From Rickettsiales bacterium (lineage in GTDB: Bacteria; Pseudomonadota; Alphaproteobacteria; Rickettsiales; UBA1997), in contig CANKYC010000002.1 in the NCBI GenBank assembly GCA_947487845.1, positions 1 to 34,718 of the forward strand: 34,718 bases of DNA, read 5' to 3'. Shown here one piece after another: positions 1 to 9,658 of the stretch. The position numbers and the translations under genes are program-made. The notes below the pieces were generated by a model. That model saw only the letters and a program-made list of their open reading frames with translations, was not told where the DNA came from and did not search any database. Each line of letters starts with the position of its first letter. Position 1 is the first letter of the stretch.

Positions 1-478
1 CACCGATTTCATTATTCACGGTCATGATTGAAACCAAGCAGGTTTTATCAGTAATCGCGGCTTCTAATTCTTTTAAATCAACCAAACCATTTTGCTGAAC
101 TGGTAAGAATGTAACGCTAAATCCTTCTTGCTCTAAGTCGCGCGCCGAATTGATAATACATTTATGTTCGGTGTAAGTTGTGATAATATGATTTTTACCA
201 GTCGCGCCGTAAAAATGGGCGACACCTTTAACCGCAATATTATTTGATTCAGTCGCTCCCGACGTAAAGAAAATTTCTTTTGGGTCAGCGCCAATTAAAT
301 TAGCCACTTGTTTACGAGCGATTTCGACCAATTCTTCAGCTTTCCAGCCAAGAGAGTGCGTGCGCGAATGCGGATTGCCATAATCTTCTTTCATGGTTTT
401 TACCATCACGTCAATAACGCGTGGATCCATTGGGGTTGTTGATTGGTAATCGAGATAGATTGGAAGTTTAATAGTCAC
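1..478 (-). CDS. iscS: Cysteine desulfurase IscS, N-terminal part only; the gene runs off the left edge of the window.
   Basis: Not in the ORF track because it is truncated. Reverse-complement translation from GTG at 478..476 reads [49 protein letters not shown]...[21 protein letters not shown], a canonical IscS N-terminus. It starts 1 nt after the stop (480-482) of the upstream desulfurase paralogue. Confidence 0.85.
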   Translation of the reverse strand, partial: MTIKLPIYLDYQSTTPMDPRVIDVMVKTMKEDYGNPHSRTHSLGWKAEELVEIARKQVANLIGADPKEIFFTSGATESNNIAVKGVAHFYGATGKNHIITTYTEHKCIINSARDLEQEGFSVTFLPVQQNGLVDLKELEAAITDKTCLVSIMTVNNEIG

Positions 479-479
479 T

Positions 480-1592
480 TTAATATTTAATTTTTTTATA
501 AAAATCGCTCCAGACTTTGATGAATTTTTCAATTTCATCTTTGGTGTTTTCAATTCCTAAACTTACGCGAATGGCGCTGGTTGAAAAAGCTGGTTCAATG
601 CCCATGGCTTTTAAAATTCTTGATGCGGTTAAAGTGCCAGAAGAGCAGGCGGGGCCAGCGCTAACACAAATTCCGTTTAAATCGAAATTAATTAATTGAG
701 TTTGGCTGTCAGCGTTTTTGGTGGCGATATAGCTGGTGTTTGGAAGGCGGTCAATTTCTTGAGAAAAAATCACCACATTTTCATTGGTGATTTTTTGAAT
801 TTCGCTTTCTAAAAAGTCGCGCAAATTTTTGACATTTTCGTAAAGACTGATTTTTTTTGCCGCTAATTTACAAGCTTCACCAAATCCGCTAATTCCCGCG
901 ATATTAGTGGTTCCGGCGCGTTTAGATTTTTCTTGTTTACCACCAAAAATTAATGGTTTTATATCGAAACCTTTTCTCATCAAAAGCGCGCCAACTCCTT
1001 GCGGGCCGTTGATTTTATGCGCTGAAATTGAAGCGAAATCAACATTTAATTTTTCCAAATCAACAGCAATTTTTCCAACAGCTTGAACGATGTCGCAATG
1101 AAATAATCCGCCTTTTTGGTGAACTAATTTTGCCATTTCTTCAATTGGTTGAATAGCGCCAGTTTCATTATTGGCGAGCATCACGGAAGCGAGGAAATTT
1201 CCGTTCTGATTGGCGATTTTATTTTTGAAATCTTCAATATCGATCAAGCCGTTTTTTAAAGCTTTAACTTCAATAATTTCCTTATTTTCTGGGCGACAAT
1301 TATAAACGGCGGAATGTTCAAATTCGCAAAAGATTATTTTTTTTACATCAACGCCAAACATCAACATATTGGTGGCTTCAGTGGAACTGCTGGTAAAAAT
1401 CACTTCGTAATTTTGAGCGTTAATTAAATTTTTTAATTCTTGTCTGGCATCTTCAACCAATTTTGTAGCTTTGCGACCCAATTGGTGACTTGAAGAATTA
1501 TTCAATGGCAGTTGATAAACTTCATTCATTTTAGCCAATGCTTCCGCAGCTAATTTAGTGGTTGAATTGTAGTCGAGATAAATCATTTGCAT
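480..1592 (-). CDS. NifS-like cysteine desulfurase (class V aminotransferase), a second paralogue upstream of iscS.
   Basis: 370-aa ORF. It has a PLP-lysine context ([17 protein letters not shown]), a catalytic Cys loop (SAGPACSSG) and [11 protein letters not shown]. An alternative ATG at 1586 would give an ATGA overlap with the upstream stop. Confidence 0.85.
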   Translation of the reverse strand: MQMIYLDYNSTTKLAAEALAKMNEVYQLPLNNSSSHQLGRKATKLVEDARQELKNLINAQNYEVIFTSSSTEATNMLMFGVDVKKIIFCEFEHSAVYNCRPENKEIIEVKALKNGLIDIEDFKNKIANQNGNFLASVMLANNETGAIQPIEEMAKLVHQKGGLFHCDIVQAVGKIAVDLEKLNVDFASISAHKINGPQGVGALLMRKGFDIKPLIFGGKQEKSKRAGTTNIAGISGFGEACKLAAKKISLYENVKNLRDFLESEIQKITNENVVIFSQEIDRLPNTSYIATKNADSQTQLINFDLNGICVSAGPACSSGTLTASRILKAMGIEPAFSTSAIRVSLGIENTKDEIEKFIKVWSDFYKKIKY

Positions 1593-1984
1593 ATGCTGCT
1601 AAGTGAAATCGAGTTTAAATATTCGTAAATTTTATTTTCCAAACCAGACCATAAATGATGGGTTTTGCATTTGATATCTTCATTAACGCAGCTTTTTTGA
1701 ACATTGTTGCAGCGCGTCATTTTTATTGGTTCGCCGATGGCTTTGATAATTTCGGCGACCGTAACTATGTTGCGATTTTTTCCTAAAATATAACCACCAC
1801 CCGGGCCTTTAACTGATTCAACGATGCCTGATTTTCTAAGACTGGCAAAAATTTGCTCCAAATAGGAAAGCGAGATTTTTTGGCGTTTAGAAATTGTTAG
1901 CAATGAAACCGGTTGATTGGATTTATTGTCGGCAATTTCGATTACTGCCATAACGGCGTAGCGGGCCTTGGTTGTTAAAATCAT
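1583..1984 (-). CDS. iscR: Rrf2-family transcriptional regulator, IscR-like.
   Basis: 133-aa ORF with the N-terminal winged helix typical of Rrf2 (MILTTKARYAVMAVIEIA...ISLSYLEQIFASLRKSGIVESVKGPGGGY). A C-terminal Cys triad (RCNNVQKSCVNEDIKC) could ligate an Fe-S cluster. It is the first gene of the desulfurase operon. Confidence 0.75.
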   Translation of the reverse strand: MILTTKARYAVMAVIEIADNKSNQPVSLLTISKRQKISLSYLEQIFASLRKSGIVESVKGPGGGYILGKNRNIVTVAEIIKAIGEPIKMTRCNNVQKSCVNEDIKCKTHHLWSGLENKIYEYLNSISLSSICK

Positions 1985-2024
1985 GATTTTTTAGGATTTT
2001 TTTTATACCAAAGCTACTTCAAAC

Positions 2025-2186
2025 TATACCAAATTAACTATCTCTTGATAGCGCTAACGAAGTATTTTTGAGGAAAAATTGCGACTGAAAATGTAAGCTG
2101 TATCAAGTGATACAGCGTCATTTTCTGAGCAAATTTTTACCAAAAAGACGAAGTTAGCGCTATCAAGAGATAGTTAATTTGGTATA
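2025..2186. repeat. AT-rich palindromic element, family A copy 1 (about 162 bp).
   Basis: Perfect 34-bp terminal inverted repeat: tataccaaattaactatctcttgatagcgctaac (2025-2058) versus its complement ending at 2186. The inner arms are imperfect. The central hairpin is gctgtatc-aagt-gatacagc (2097-2116). The right arm overlaps the last 8 codons and stop of the GT4 gene. Confidence 0.85.
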
Positions 2187-3347
2187 TCCCAACAAACTTG
2201 CGTAAACTTTTAAAGTCTCGTTACACATTTTTTCATTTGAAAAATTATCCGTCACATTTTTCCTAGCATCAATTCCGATTTTATCAGCTTCATCTTTTGG
2301 CATTTCTAAAACTTGATCAATCACTTTAGCAAAACCTTCCACATCACCAACTTCAACTAAGAATCCGGTTTTGCCGTCAATTATGGTTTCTAAAGCGCCA
2401 CCAATTTTAGTTGCGATAATAATCCGATTTGATGCCTGCGCCTCAATTGCAATGCGGCCGAAAGCCTCGGCGCGAACGCTTGGACAAACCGCTAAATGCG
2501 AAAGCGCATAAGCAGTTGGCATATCCTTACAAACGCCAACTATACGCACTTTTCCTTCCAATTTTTTATCAATAATTTTGCCTTCGAGCTTTTTTCTAAA
2601 TTGCTTGTGACCATGATCCGAACCAACCATCACGCATAAAAAATCAGATTTAACTTTGGTTAATGCCTCAATCAAGAATTCATGTCCTTTCCAGGCCGTA
2701 AAACGCGCTGGCATTAAAATGATTTTTTTATCATCTGGCAAATGCCATTTTTTACTCAAATCTATAATGCGGTTTTTTGAAACTTTTGCGTAATTAAAAT
2801 AGCCTAAATCTGCGCCGCGTTGAATTACCGTAGTTTTTGCCTCACGATATTCGCTATAATTTTGGGATAAATAATTTTTGATAAAATCAGAAACCGCAAT
2901 CACCGCATCAGCTTTTAACATGATAGAATTGTAAGCTCTTTTGGGAGGAAAAATTTTCCATTTCCAGAATTTTAATGAGTAAGTTCCATGAACCGTCGCG
3001 ACTAATTTTGTAGCGGTTTTTTTACAAGCGAAATAGCTGCTCCACATTGACGCTCTAGAGCGCACATGAATAATATCAACATTGTTTTCTTTAATCAGTT
3101 TGGCCAGTTTTTTATTATTAAAATAAATTGTGATCGGATTTTTGCTATGCACCGGCAACTCAATATGTTTGATGCCAGCTTCGCGTAATTGATAAACCAA
3201 AATTCCACCTTTCGAAACAACAATTGGTTCAAAATCAGCTTTTTTTAATGCTTTAGCAATATCAATAGTTCCGCGCTCAACTCCACCGCTTTCTAGGGCT
3301 GGCAGTATCTGCATTACTACCGTTTTTTTTCTTTCAGAATTTTCCAT
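2163..3347 (-). CDS. Glycosyltransferase family 4 (GT-B, RfaG/group-1 type).
   Basis: 394-aa ORF. The N-terminal ESGGVERGTIDIAKAL motif and the C-terminal SVRAEAFGRIAIEAQASNRIIIATKIGGALETIIDGKTGFLV (EX7E-type region) are typical of GT4 enzymes. Confidence 0.8.
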   Translation of the reverse strand: MENSERKKTVVMQILPALESGGVERGTIDIAKALKKADFEPIVVSKGGILVYQLREAGIKHIELPVHSKNPITIYFNNKKLAKLIKENNVDIIHVRSRASMWSSYFACKKTATKLVATVHGTYSLKFWKWKIFPPKRAYNSIMLKADAVIAVSDFIKNYLSQNYSEYREAKTTVIQRGADLGYFNYAKVSKNRIIDLSKKWHLPDDKKIILMPARFTAWKGHEFLIEALTKVKSDFLCVMVGSDHGHKQFRKKLEGKIIDKKLEGKVRIVGVCKDMPTAYALSHLAVCPSVRAEAFGRIAIEAQASNRIIIATKIGGALETIIDGKTGFLVEVGDVEGFAKVIDQVLEMPKDEADKIGIDARKNVTDNFSNEKMCNETLKVYASLLGYTKLTIS

Positions 3348-3357
3348 GATTTAAAAA

Positions 3358-4626
3358 CTAGAGTATGATTGTTTCTTCGCGCTTAGGGCCAGTTGAAATT
3401 ATCGAAGCTTTAATGCTGCAAAGATCTTCGATTCTTTTAACATAATTACGGGCTTTTTGCGGCAATTCGGCCAGCGTTTTTGCGCCAAATGAACTTTCTT
3501 GCCAACCTTCCATTTCTTCGTAAATCGGCTCGATTTGATCCCACAAATGATTGGCTTGTGGCAAGTAATCAAAGGTTTTGTCGCCAATTTTATAACCAAC
3601 ACAAATTTTGATTTTTTCTAATTTATCAAGCACATCAAGTTTAGTTAAGGCAACTTCTTTTACTGAAGAAAGTTGAATTGACTGACGAACCAGAACCGCA
3701 TCAAACCAACCACAACGCCTGTCGCGACCAGTTACAGTTCCAACTTCTTTTCCTTCAATACGTAAAAAATTTCCAATTTCACATTCAAGCTCGGTTGGAA
3801 AAGGGCCGGATCCGACTCGAGTTGTGTAAGCTTTTAAAATGCCAATTGTTTTGTGCAAATCAGCAACTCCCAAACAAGAACCAAGAGCAATTTGACCCGC
3901 CATTGTGTTGCTTGAAGTTACAAAAGGATAAGTTCCGTAAGTCACGTCGAGCAATGCTCCTTGCGCACCTTCAAACATTACATTAGCAAATGAATTAAGC
4001 TTTTTAGCAATTTCAAAAGCTGGTTTGGCGTGAGTCAAAAGACGAGCGCGAACTGGCTCTAATTCAGCAATAATTTGTTCAATTTTCACAATTTCTGCGC
4101 CCAAACTTTTGCGCAAAAGATTGTGATAAAAAAGTAAATTTTCTAAACGTTCAGTTAAAATTTTATCATCCATCAAATCACAAATGCGAACCGCTCTGCG
4201 CCCCGCTCTATCTTCATAAGCTGGCCCAATTCCCCGTCCCGTGGTTCCAATTTTTTTCTCGCCTTTTTTGCTTTCTAAAAGTTGGTCTAATTCGCGATGA
4301 ACTGACAAAATTAAACAAGCATTTTCAGCAATCGCTAATTTTTCTGATTCAATTTTAATTCCAGCTTCTTCAATTTTTTTTATTTCAGAAAAAAGTGCGA
4401 TTGGATCAACAACCACGCCGCTTCCAATTACTGAAAATTTTCCACGAATTATTCCCGATGGCAGCAAACTTAATTTGTAAGTTTTATCTCCCACTTTAAT
4501 TGTGTGACCAGCATTATGACCACCCTGAAAGCGCACAACTGCATCAAATTTATCTGCCAAAAAATCTACGATTTTTCCTTTACCTTCATCGCCCCATTGC
4601 AGACCGATTATTGCTGTATTTCCCAT
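3358..4626 (-). CDS. purA: Adenylosuccinate synthetase.
   Basis: P-loop GLQWGDEGKGKIVD, plus GTTGRGIGPAYEDRAGRR and TRVGSGPFPTE. The ORF opens at 4638, but MGNTAIIGLQWGDEGKGK from the ATG at 4626 matches the canonical PurA N-terminus and avoids overlap with the upstream gene. Confidence 0.95.
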   Translation of the reverse strand: MGNTAIIGLQWGDEGKGKIVDFLADKFDAVVRFQGGHNAGHTIKVGDKTYKLSLLPSGIIRGKFSVIGSGVVVDPIALFSEIKKIEEAGIKIESEKLAIAENACLILSVHRELDQLLESKKGEKKIGTTGRGIGPAYEDRAGRRAVRICDLMDDKILTERLENLLFYHNLLRKSLGAEIVKIEQIIAELEPVRARLLTHAKPAFEIAKKLNSFANVMFEGAQGALLDVTYGTYPFVTSSNTMAGQIALGSCLGVADLHKTIGILKAYTTRVGSGPFPTELECEIGNFLRIEGKEVGTVTGRDRRCGWFDAVLVRQSIQLSSVKEVALTKLDVLDKLEKIKICVGYKIGDKTFDYLPQANHLWDQIEPIYEEMEGWQESSFGAKTLAELPQKARNYVKRIEDLCSIKASIISTGPKREETIIL

Positions 4627-4630
4627 TTTA

Positions 4631-4864
4631 CTATTCATCCTTCATTTGATTTTTAATGCCAAATATTACCGAATTGACCGCGGTTTTTTTCTCAGTTGTA
4701 AAATATTTGCTGCAATAAGGACAAACCACGAAATCATTTTTGCCCATATTCAAATAAACCAAAGGATGACCTGATGTTCCTTTTCCGCCATCACAGGAAA
4801 CTTTTTTCGAATCGACATGCACGATTTCAAGCGGGCTGTTTTTAGGATTAATTTGAGGATTCAT
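4631..4864 (-). CDS. Small zinc-finger protein (zf-CHCC type, NDUFS6-like).
   Basis: The ORF 4631..4939 is probably over-extended, with a likely ATG at 4864 (MNPQINPK...). The core VSCDGGKGTSGHPLVYLNMGKNDFVVCPYCSKYF matches the C-x-H...C-x-x-C pattern of the alphaproteobacterial/mitochondrial NDUFS6-like domain. Confidence 0.65.
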   Translation of the reverse strand: MNPQINPKNSPLEIVHVDSKKVSCDGGKGTSGHPLVYLNMGKNDFVVCPYCSKYFTTEKKTAVNSVIFGIKNQMKDE

Positions 4865-4977
4865 TTTAAAAATTGAGAGATTAGAAATTGCTTGTTGTAA
4901 GTTTGATAAAAACAAACGATCACAACCTAAATTGCGCAAACAAGTTTTTCAATCTAAGTTTTTAAAGTTAAACGAAT

Positions 4978-6765
4978 ATGAAAAAAATCTTCTCATTATT
5001 TTTGGCGCTACTATTTTTAAAAGCTGGAAGTGCCGGCGCCGCAAGCAGCGATTGGCATGAAAACCAAAGCAAAGGCGCTAAAACAAGATTGATCGCCAGC
5101 TATTACAAAAATCAGGCTGGAGAAAAAAAATTAATCGCCGGCATAGAATTTAAAATTGCCTCAGGTTGGAAAATTTATGGATCTGATTCTGATGGAATTG
5201 GAATGCCGCCAAGTTTTGATTTTACCAATTCTAAAAACCTCGCAAAACACACAATTTTCTGGCCTCAAGCAATTGCTGAAGAAGAAAAAATTGGCGATGA
5301 AAAATTCGCTTATTCTTCTTACAAAAATGAAGTTATAATCCCGATTGAAATCGACTTAAAGCAACCGGATCAAGCGGTTGAACTCAATGTTCAGCTTAAT
5401 TACGGATTATGCAAAGAAATCTGTGTTCCGGCAAGTGAAAACTTTACTTTACAAATTCCTGATGAAATCGACACCATTTCTTTAAGCGAAATCCAGAAAT
5501 TTTTTCCTACTCAAATCAGCGATGAAAAAGAAACGCCAAAGCCGACGACTAATAATTTAGCCTTATTTTCGGCAATTTTATTGGCAATTTTCGGTGGGGC
5601 AATTTTAAATATCATGCCCTGCGTTTTACCGGTTTTATCAATTAAATTAATTTCGGTAATTCGTCATTCTGAATCCGAAATTTCTCACATCCGCTTTTCA
5701 TTTTTATCGACCATAATCGGTATTTTATCTTGCTTCGTGATCTTCGCGCTTTGTGCCTCAATCATAAAATTAACCGGAAATTCTTTGGGCTGGGGATTGC
5801 AATTCCAAAACCCTTATTTCCTGATTTTCTTAATTGTGATTTTAATTATTTTCGTCGGCAATTTACTGGGAGTTTTTGAAATTAATTTTGACCGTTTTTT
5901 AGCCACAACTCTTAATAAAAAAATCAGTAACGAAGAAGAAAAGAAAAACATTTTCTTGCCTAATTTTCTTTCTGGAATTTTAGCAGTTTTGCTTGCGACA
6001 CCTTGTTCGGCGCCATTTTTAGGTGCGGCAATTTCGTTTGCTTTGGTTCAAAGTTTTTTTGTGATTTTTCTGATTTTCTTTTTTATCGGTATCGGTTTTT
6101 CTCTGCCTTATTTTATACTTATTTTTGCGCCAAAATTAGTTTATATTTTACCACGCCCGGGAAATTGGATGATTCAAATCAAGCAGCTAATGGCAGGTTT
6201 ATTGGCGGCAACAGTGATTTGGCTAATTTATGTTCTGTCGCATAATATCGGCGCTCTTCCGGCATTTTTAGCCGGAATAATTGCGGTCGCGATTCTCGCC
6301 TGCTTTAAAATTAAAATGGAATTTTTCAAATTTCTGGCAATTGCAACGCTAGTAATTTCAAGCTTTCTATTGCCGATGAAGTTGCAAAAACAACAAAAAA
6401 TTTCCAAAGATTCTTATGAAAGTTTTTGGATAGAATTTGACGAAGCTAAACTTCACCAATTAATAATTGAAGGCAAAACCGTGGTGGTTGATATTACGGC
6501 AGATTGGTGTTTGAGCTGCAAATTCAATAAAATCCGAGTTTTACAAAATAAAGAAGTTATAGCGAAATTAAATGGCGGCGACATTATTGCGATGCGCGGC
6601 GACATCACCAAACCCAATGAAAAAATCATAAATTTCTTGCACAAAAACAATCGTTTCGCGATTCCATTTAACGCAGTTTACGGACCAAAAGCACCTGATG
6701 GCTTATTAGCAAGCGAGCTTTTGACCAAGAAAGAACTCTTCGAATTAATTGAAAAAGCACAATAA
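4978..6765 (+). CDS. dsbD: DsbD/ScsB-family thiol:disulfide reductase (periplasmic N-domain, CcdA-like membrane core, C-terminal thioredoxin).
   Basis: 595-aa ORF with a signal peptide. The N-domain shows GWKIYGSDSDGIGMPPSFDF and NYGLCKEICVP. The membrane Cys residues sit in MPCVLPVL and TPCSAPFLG. The C-terminal thioredoxin motif is DWCLSCK. Confidence 0.85.
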   Translation: MKKIFSLFLALLFLKAGSAGAASSDWHENQSKGAKTRLIASYYKNQAGEKKLIAGIEFKIASGWKIYGSDSDGIGMPPSFDFTNSKNLAKHTIFWPQAIAEEEKIGDEKFAYSSYKNEVIIPIEIDLKQPDQAVELNVQLNYGLCKEICVPASENFTLQIPDEIDTISLSEIQKFFPTQISDEKETPKPTTNNLALFSAILLAIFGGAILNIMPCVLPVLSIKLISVIRHSESEISHIRFSFLSTIIGILSCFVIFALCASIIKLTGNSLGWGLQFQNPYFLIFLIVILIIFVGNLLGVFEINFDRFLATTLNKKISNEEEKKNIFLPNFLSGILAVLLATPCSAPFLGAAISFALVQSFFVIFLIFFFIGIGFSLPYFILIFAPKLVYILPRPGNWMIQIKQLMAGLLAATVIWLIYVLSHNIGALPAFLAGIIAVAILACFKIKMEFFKFLAIATLVISSFLLPMKLQKQQKISKDSYESFWIEFDEAKLHQLIIEGKTVVVDITADWCLSCKFNKIRVLQNKEVIAKLNGGDIIAMRGDITKPNEKIINFLHKNNRFAIPFNAVYGPKAPDGLLASELLTKKELFELIEKAQ

Positions 6766-6772
6766 TTTAAAT

Positions 6773-8236
6773 ATGACAAACCTTACAACTCTAAATCTTC
6801 GCCAAACTCTTGAAGGATTAAAATCAAAAAAATTTTCAAGCTTAGATGTAACTTCAGCTTACATAAAAAACATTGAAGCCAGCCGCAATCTCAACGCTTT
6901 TATCACCGAAACTTTCGATTTTGCTTTGGTTCAAGCTAAAAAATCCGATGCAAAAATTAACGCTGGAAGTGGCGGGGAATTAGAAGGAATTCCTTTGGGC
7001 ATTAAAGATCTCTTTTGCACCAAAGATATTCGCACCACTTCTGCTTCAAAAATGCTAGAAAACTTTGTTCCAACTTACGAATCAACAGTCACCCAAAAAC
7101 TTTTAAATGCCGGTTCAGTTACACTCGGAAAATTAAACATGGATGAATTCGCCATGGGTTCCGCCAATACCAACAGCTATTTCGGGCCAGTTATCAACCC
7201 TTACAAAAAGAAAAATTCTAACGAAGATTTAGTTCCCGGCGGCAGCTCTGGCGGATCAGCAGCAGCAGTTGCGGCCAATTTATGTTTAGGCGCCACAGGT
7301 TCCGACACTGGCGGCTCAATTCGCCAACCAGCTTCTTTCACTAACATAGTTGGCGTAAAACCAACTTACGGACGCTGTTCACGTTACGGAATGATTGCTT
7401 TTGCCAGCTCGCTTGATCAAGCCGGAATTTTCGCTAAAGATGTTTATGATGCCGCGCTTTTACAACGCGTGATTTCAGGCTTTGATGTTAAAGATTCAAC
7501 TTCGGTAAATATTGCGGTTCCACAATTTGAAGCACTTTTAAATTCAAATATTAAAGGCAAGAAAATCGGCATTCCGCAAGAATATTTTGTTGCCGGAATG
7601 TCAGAAGAAATCATCCAACTTTGGAATCGCGGTAAAGAAATTTTACAAAAACGCGGCGCTGAATTAGTAGAAATTTCTCTGCCTCATACTCAATATGCTT
7701 CTGCGGTTTATTATGTTTTGGCCTCGGCTGAATGCTCGTCAAACCTAGCGCGCTTCGATGGCGTGCGTTATGGATTTAGAGCCGAAGGAACCAATTTATC
7801 TTTAGAAGAAATGTATGAAAAAACCCGCGATCAAGGCTTTGGCGATGAAGTTAAAAGAAGAATTTTAACCGGAACTTATGTTCTTTCGGCTGGTTTTTTT
7901 GACGCTTATTATAAAAAAGCCCAAAGAGTTCGACGCCTTGTTTTGCAAGACTTCAACGATGCTTTCAAAAAGGTTGATGTGATTTTAACGCCAACAACTC
8001 CAAGCGCTGCGTTTCCGATCAATCAATCAAAAGAAGTGGGAAATTCTGATCCAGTAAAAATGTATTTAAACGATGCCTTCACAATTCCGGTAAACTTGGC
8101 CGGCTTGCCGGCGCTTTCAGTTCCCGCCGGTTTTGACAAGGATGGATTACCTTTGGGATTGCAATTAATTGCCAAACATTTTGATGAACAAAATATGTTT
8201 GATGTGGCTTTGGCGATTGAAGAAGATTCTAGATAA
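6773..8236 (+). CDS. gatA: Glu-tRNA(Gln)/Asp-tRNA(Asn) amidotransferase subunit A.
   Basis: Amidase signature GGSSGGSAAAVAA...GSDTGGSIRQPASF. The ORF opens at 6749, but the ATG at 6773 lies just after the dsbD stop (6763-6765) and gives a typical GatA N-terminus. Confidence 0.93.
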   Translation: MTNLTTLNLRQTLEGLKSKKFSSLDVTSAYIKNIEASRNLNAFITETFDFALVQAKKSDAKINAGSGGELEGIPLGIKDLFCTKDIRTTSASKMLENFVPTYESTVTQKLLNAGSVTLGKLNMDEFAMGSANTNSYFGPVINPYKKKNSNEDLVPGGSSGGSAAAVAANLCLGATGSDTGGSIRQPASFTNIVGVKPTYGRCSRYGMIAFASSLDQAGIFAKDVYDAALLQRVISGFDVKDSTSVNIAVPQFEALLNSNIKGKKIGIPQEYFVAGMSEEIIQLWNRGKEILQKRGAELVEISLPHTQYASAVYYVLASAECSSNLARFDGVRYGFRAEGTNLSLEEMYEKTRDQGFGDEVKRRILTGTYVLSAGFFDAYYKKAQRVRRLVLQDFNDAFKKVDVILTPTTPSAAFPINQSKEVGNSDPVKMYLNDAFTIPVNLAGLPALSVPAGFDKDGLPLGLQLIAKHFDEQNMFDVALAIEEDSR

Positions 8237-9654
8237 TGAAAATAGCCGTCATCGGAGCGGGGCCAGCTGGATTAACTGCCGCCTATCAACTTTGTAAAAA
8301 AGGAATTGATGTCGAAATTTTTGAAAGTAGCGATGCAATTGCCGGAATGGCAAAAACAATATCACTTTGGGGCCAGTTTGTTGATCTGGGTCCGCACCGC
8401 TTTTTTAGTTCCGATCCGCGAGTAAATAAAATTTGGCTCGAAGCCATTGATGGGCAATATCAAGTGGTCAAACGTTTAACCCGCATTTATTACAAAAAAA
8501 CTTTTTTCAATTATCCGCTAAAAGCCTTTAACGCCCTGCGAGGACTTGGTGTCATTGAAGCCGCGCATTGCGTCATGAGTTACGTTCAAGTAAAAATTTT
8601 TCCGATAAAAAACAATTCTACCTTTGAATCATGGGTAACAAATAGATTTGGCAAAAGGCTTTTTGAAATATTTTTTAAATCTTACAGCGAAAAATTATGG
8701 GGCATTTCTTGTAGAGAATTAGATGCTGATTTTGCTGCCCAAAGAATTAAAAATTTCTCCCTTTTTGAAGCGATAAAATCAGCGATTTTGCCACAAAAAA
8801 ATTTCAAACATAAAACTTTGATTGATGAATTTGTCTATCCCAATAAAGGCGCTGGTCAAGTTTACGATAAAATGGCACAAAAAATTCTTGAATTTGGCGG
8901 CAAGTTAAATTTAAAAACTCCGGTTTTGGCAGTTAAACTAGCAACTGAGAATTCTTTGGCATCAATTACACTTGAAGATGAAAAAGAAATCGAATTTGAT
9001 CATATTATTTCTTCAATGCCATTAACCGCTCTAGTAAATAGTATAAAAGCTCCACAAGAAATTAAGGATTGCGCTAAAGAGTTAAAATTTCGCAATACGA
9101 TTTTAGTTTTTTTACAAATTAATGCTGACAATCTTTTTGCCGATCAATGGCTGTACATACATTCAGAAAACCTAAAAACCGGACGCATCTCAAATTTCAG
9201 AAACTGGACTTCTTCAATTAATAACGGCCAGTCTCAAACCATTTTGTGCCTAGAATTTTGGTGCAACGATGAAGATGAAATTTGGTCATTTAAAGATAAA
9301 AAACTAACAGATCTTGCCACCCAAGAAATTTATGAAACTGGTTTGGTTCCAGTCAATTCAGTTCTTGATGGCAAAGTTATTCGCGTACCAAAATGCTACC
9401 CAGTTTATAAAACTGGTTATAAAAAATATTTGCAGCCGGTACAAAAATTTTTATCAACCCAAAAATCACTTTCGGTTATTGGTCGATATGGTTCATTTAA
9501 ATATAATAACCAAGATCACAGCATATTGATGGGATTACTAGCGGCAGAAAATATTTGTGAAAATGCCAATCATGATCTTTGGAATATTAATACCGATTAC
9601 GAATATCAGGAATCAAGCAGCATTACCGCCACTGGTTTAGAGAAAATAAAATGA
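8236..9654 (+). CDS. FAD/NAD(P)-binding oxidoreductase (amine-oxidase / UDP-galactopyranose-mutase-like superfamily).
   Basis: 472-aa ORF with an N-terminal dinucleotide fold (MKIAVIGAGPAGLTAAYQL...EIFE). The layout GPHRFFS...TRIYYKKTFFNYPL resembles Glf-like flavoenzymes. The start overlaps the gatA stop (TAATG). Confidence 0.6.
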   Translation: MKIAVIGAGPAGLTAAYQLCKKGIDVEIFESSDAIAGMAKTISLWGQFVDLGPHRFFSSDPRVNKIWLEAIDGQYQVVKRLTRIYYKKTFFNYPLKAFNALRGLGVIEAAHCVMSYVQVKIFPIKNNSTFESWVTNRFGKRLFEIFFKSYSEKLWGISCRELDADFAAQRIKNFSLFEAIKSAILPQKNFKHKTLIDEFVYPNKGAGQVYDKMAQKILEFGGKLNLKTPVLAVKLATENSLASITLEDEKEIEFDHIISSMPLTALVNSIKAPQEIKDCAKELKFRNTILVFLQINADNLFADQWLYIHSENLKTGRISNFRNWTSSINNGQSQTILCLEFWCNDEDEIWSFKDKKLTDLATQEIYETGLVPVNSVLDGKVIRVPKCYPVYKTGYKKYLQPVQKFLSTQKSLSVIGRYGSFKYNNQDHSILMGLLAAENICENANHDLWNINTDYEYQESSSITATGLEKIK

Positions 9655-9658
9655 GTAC

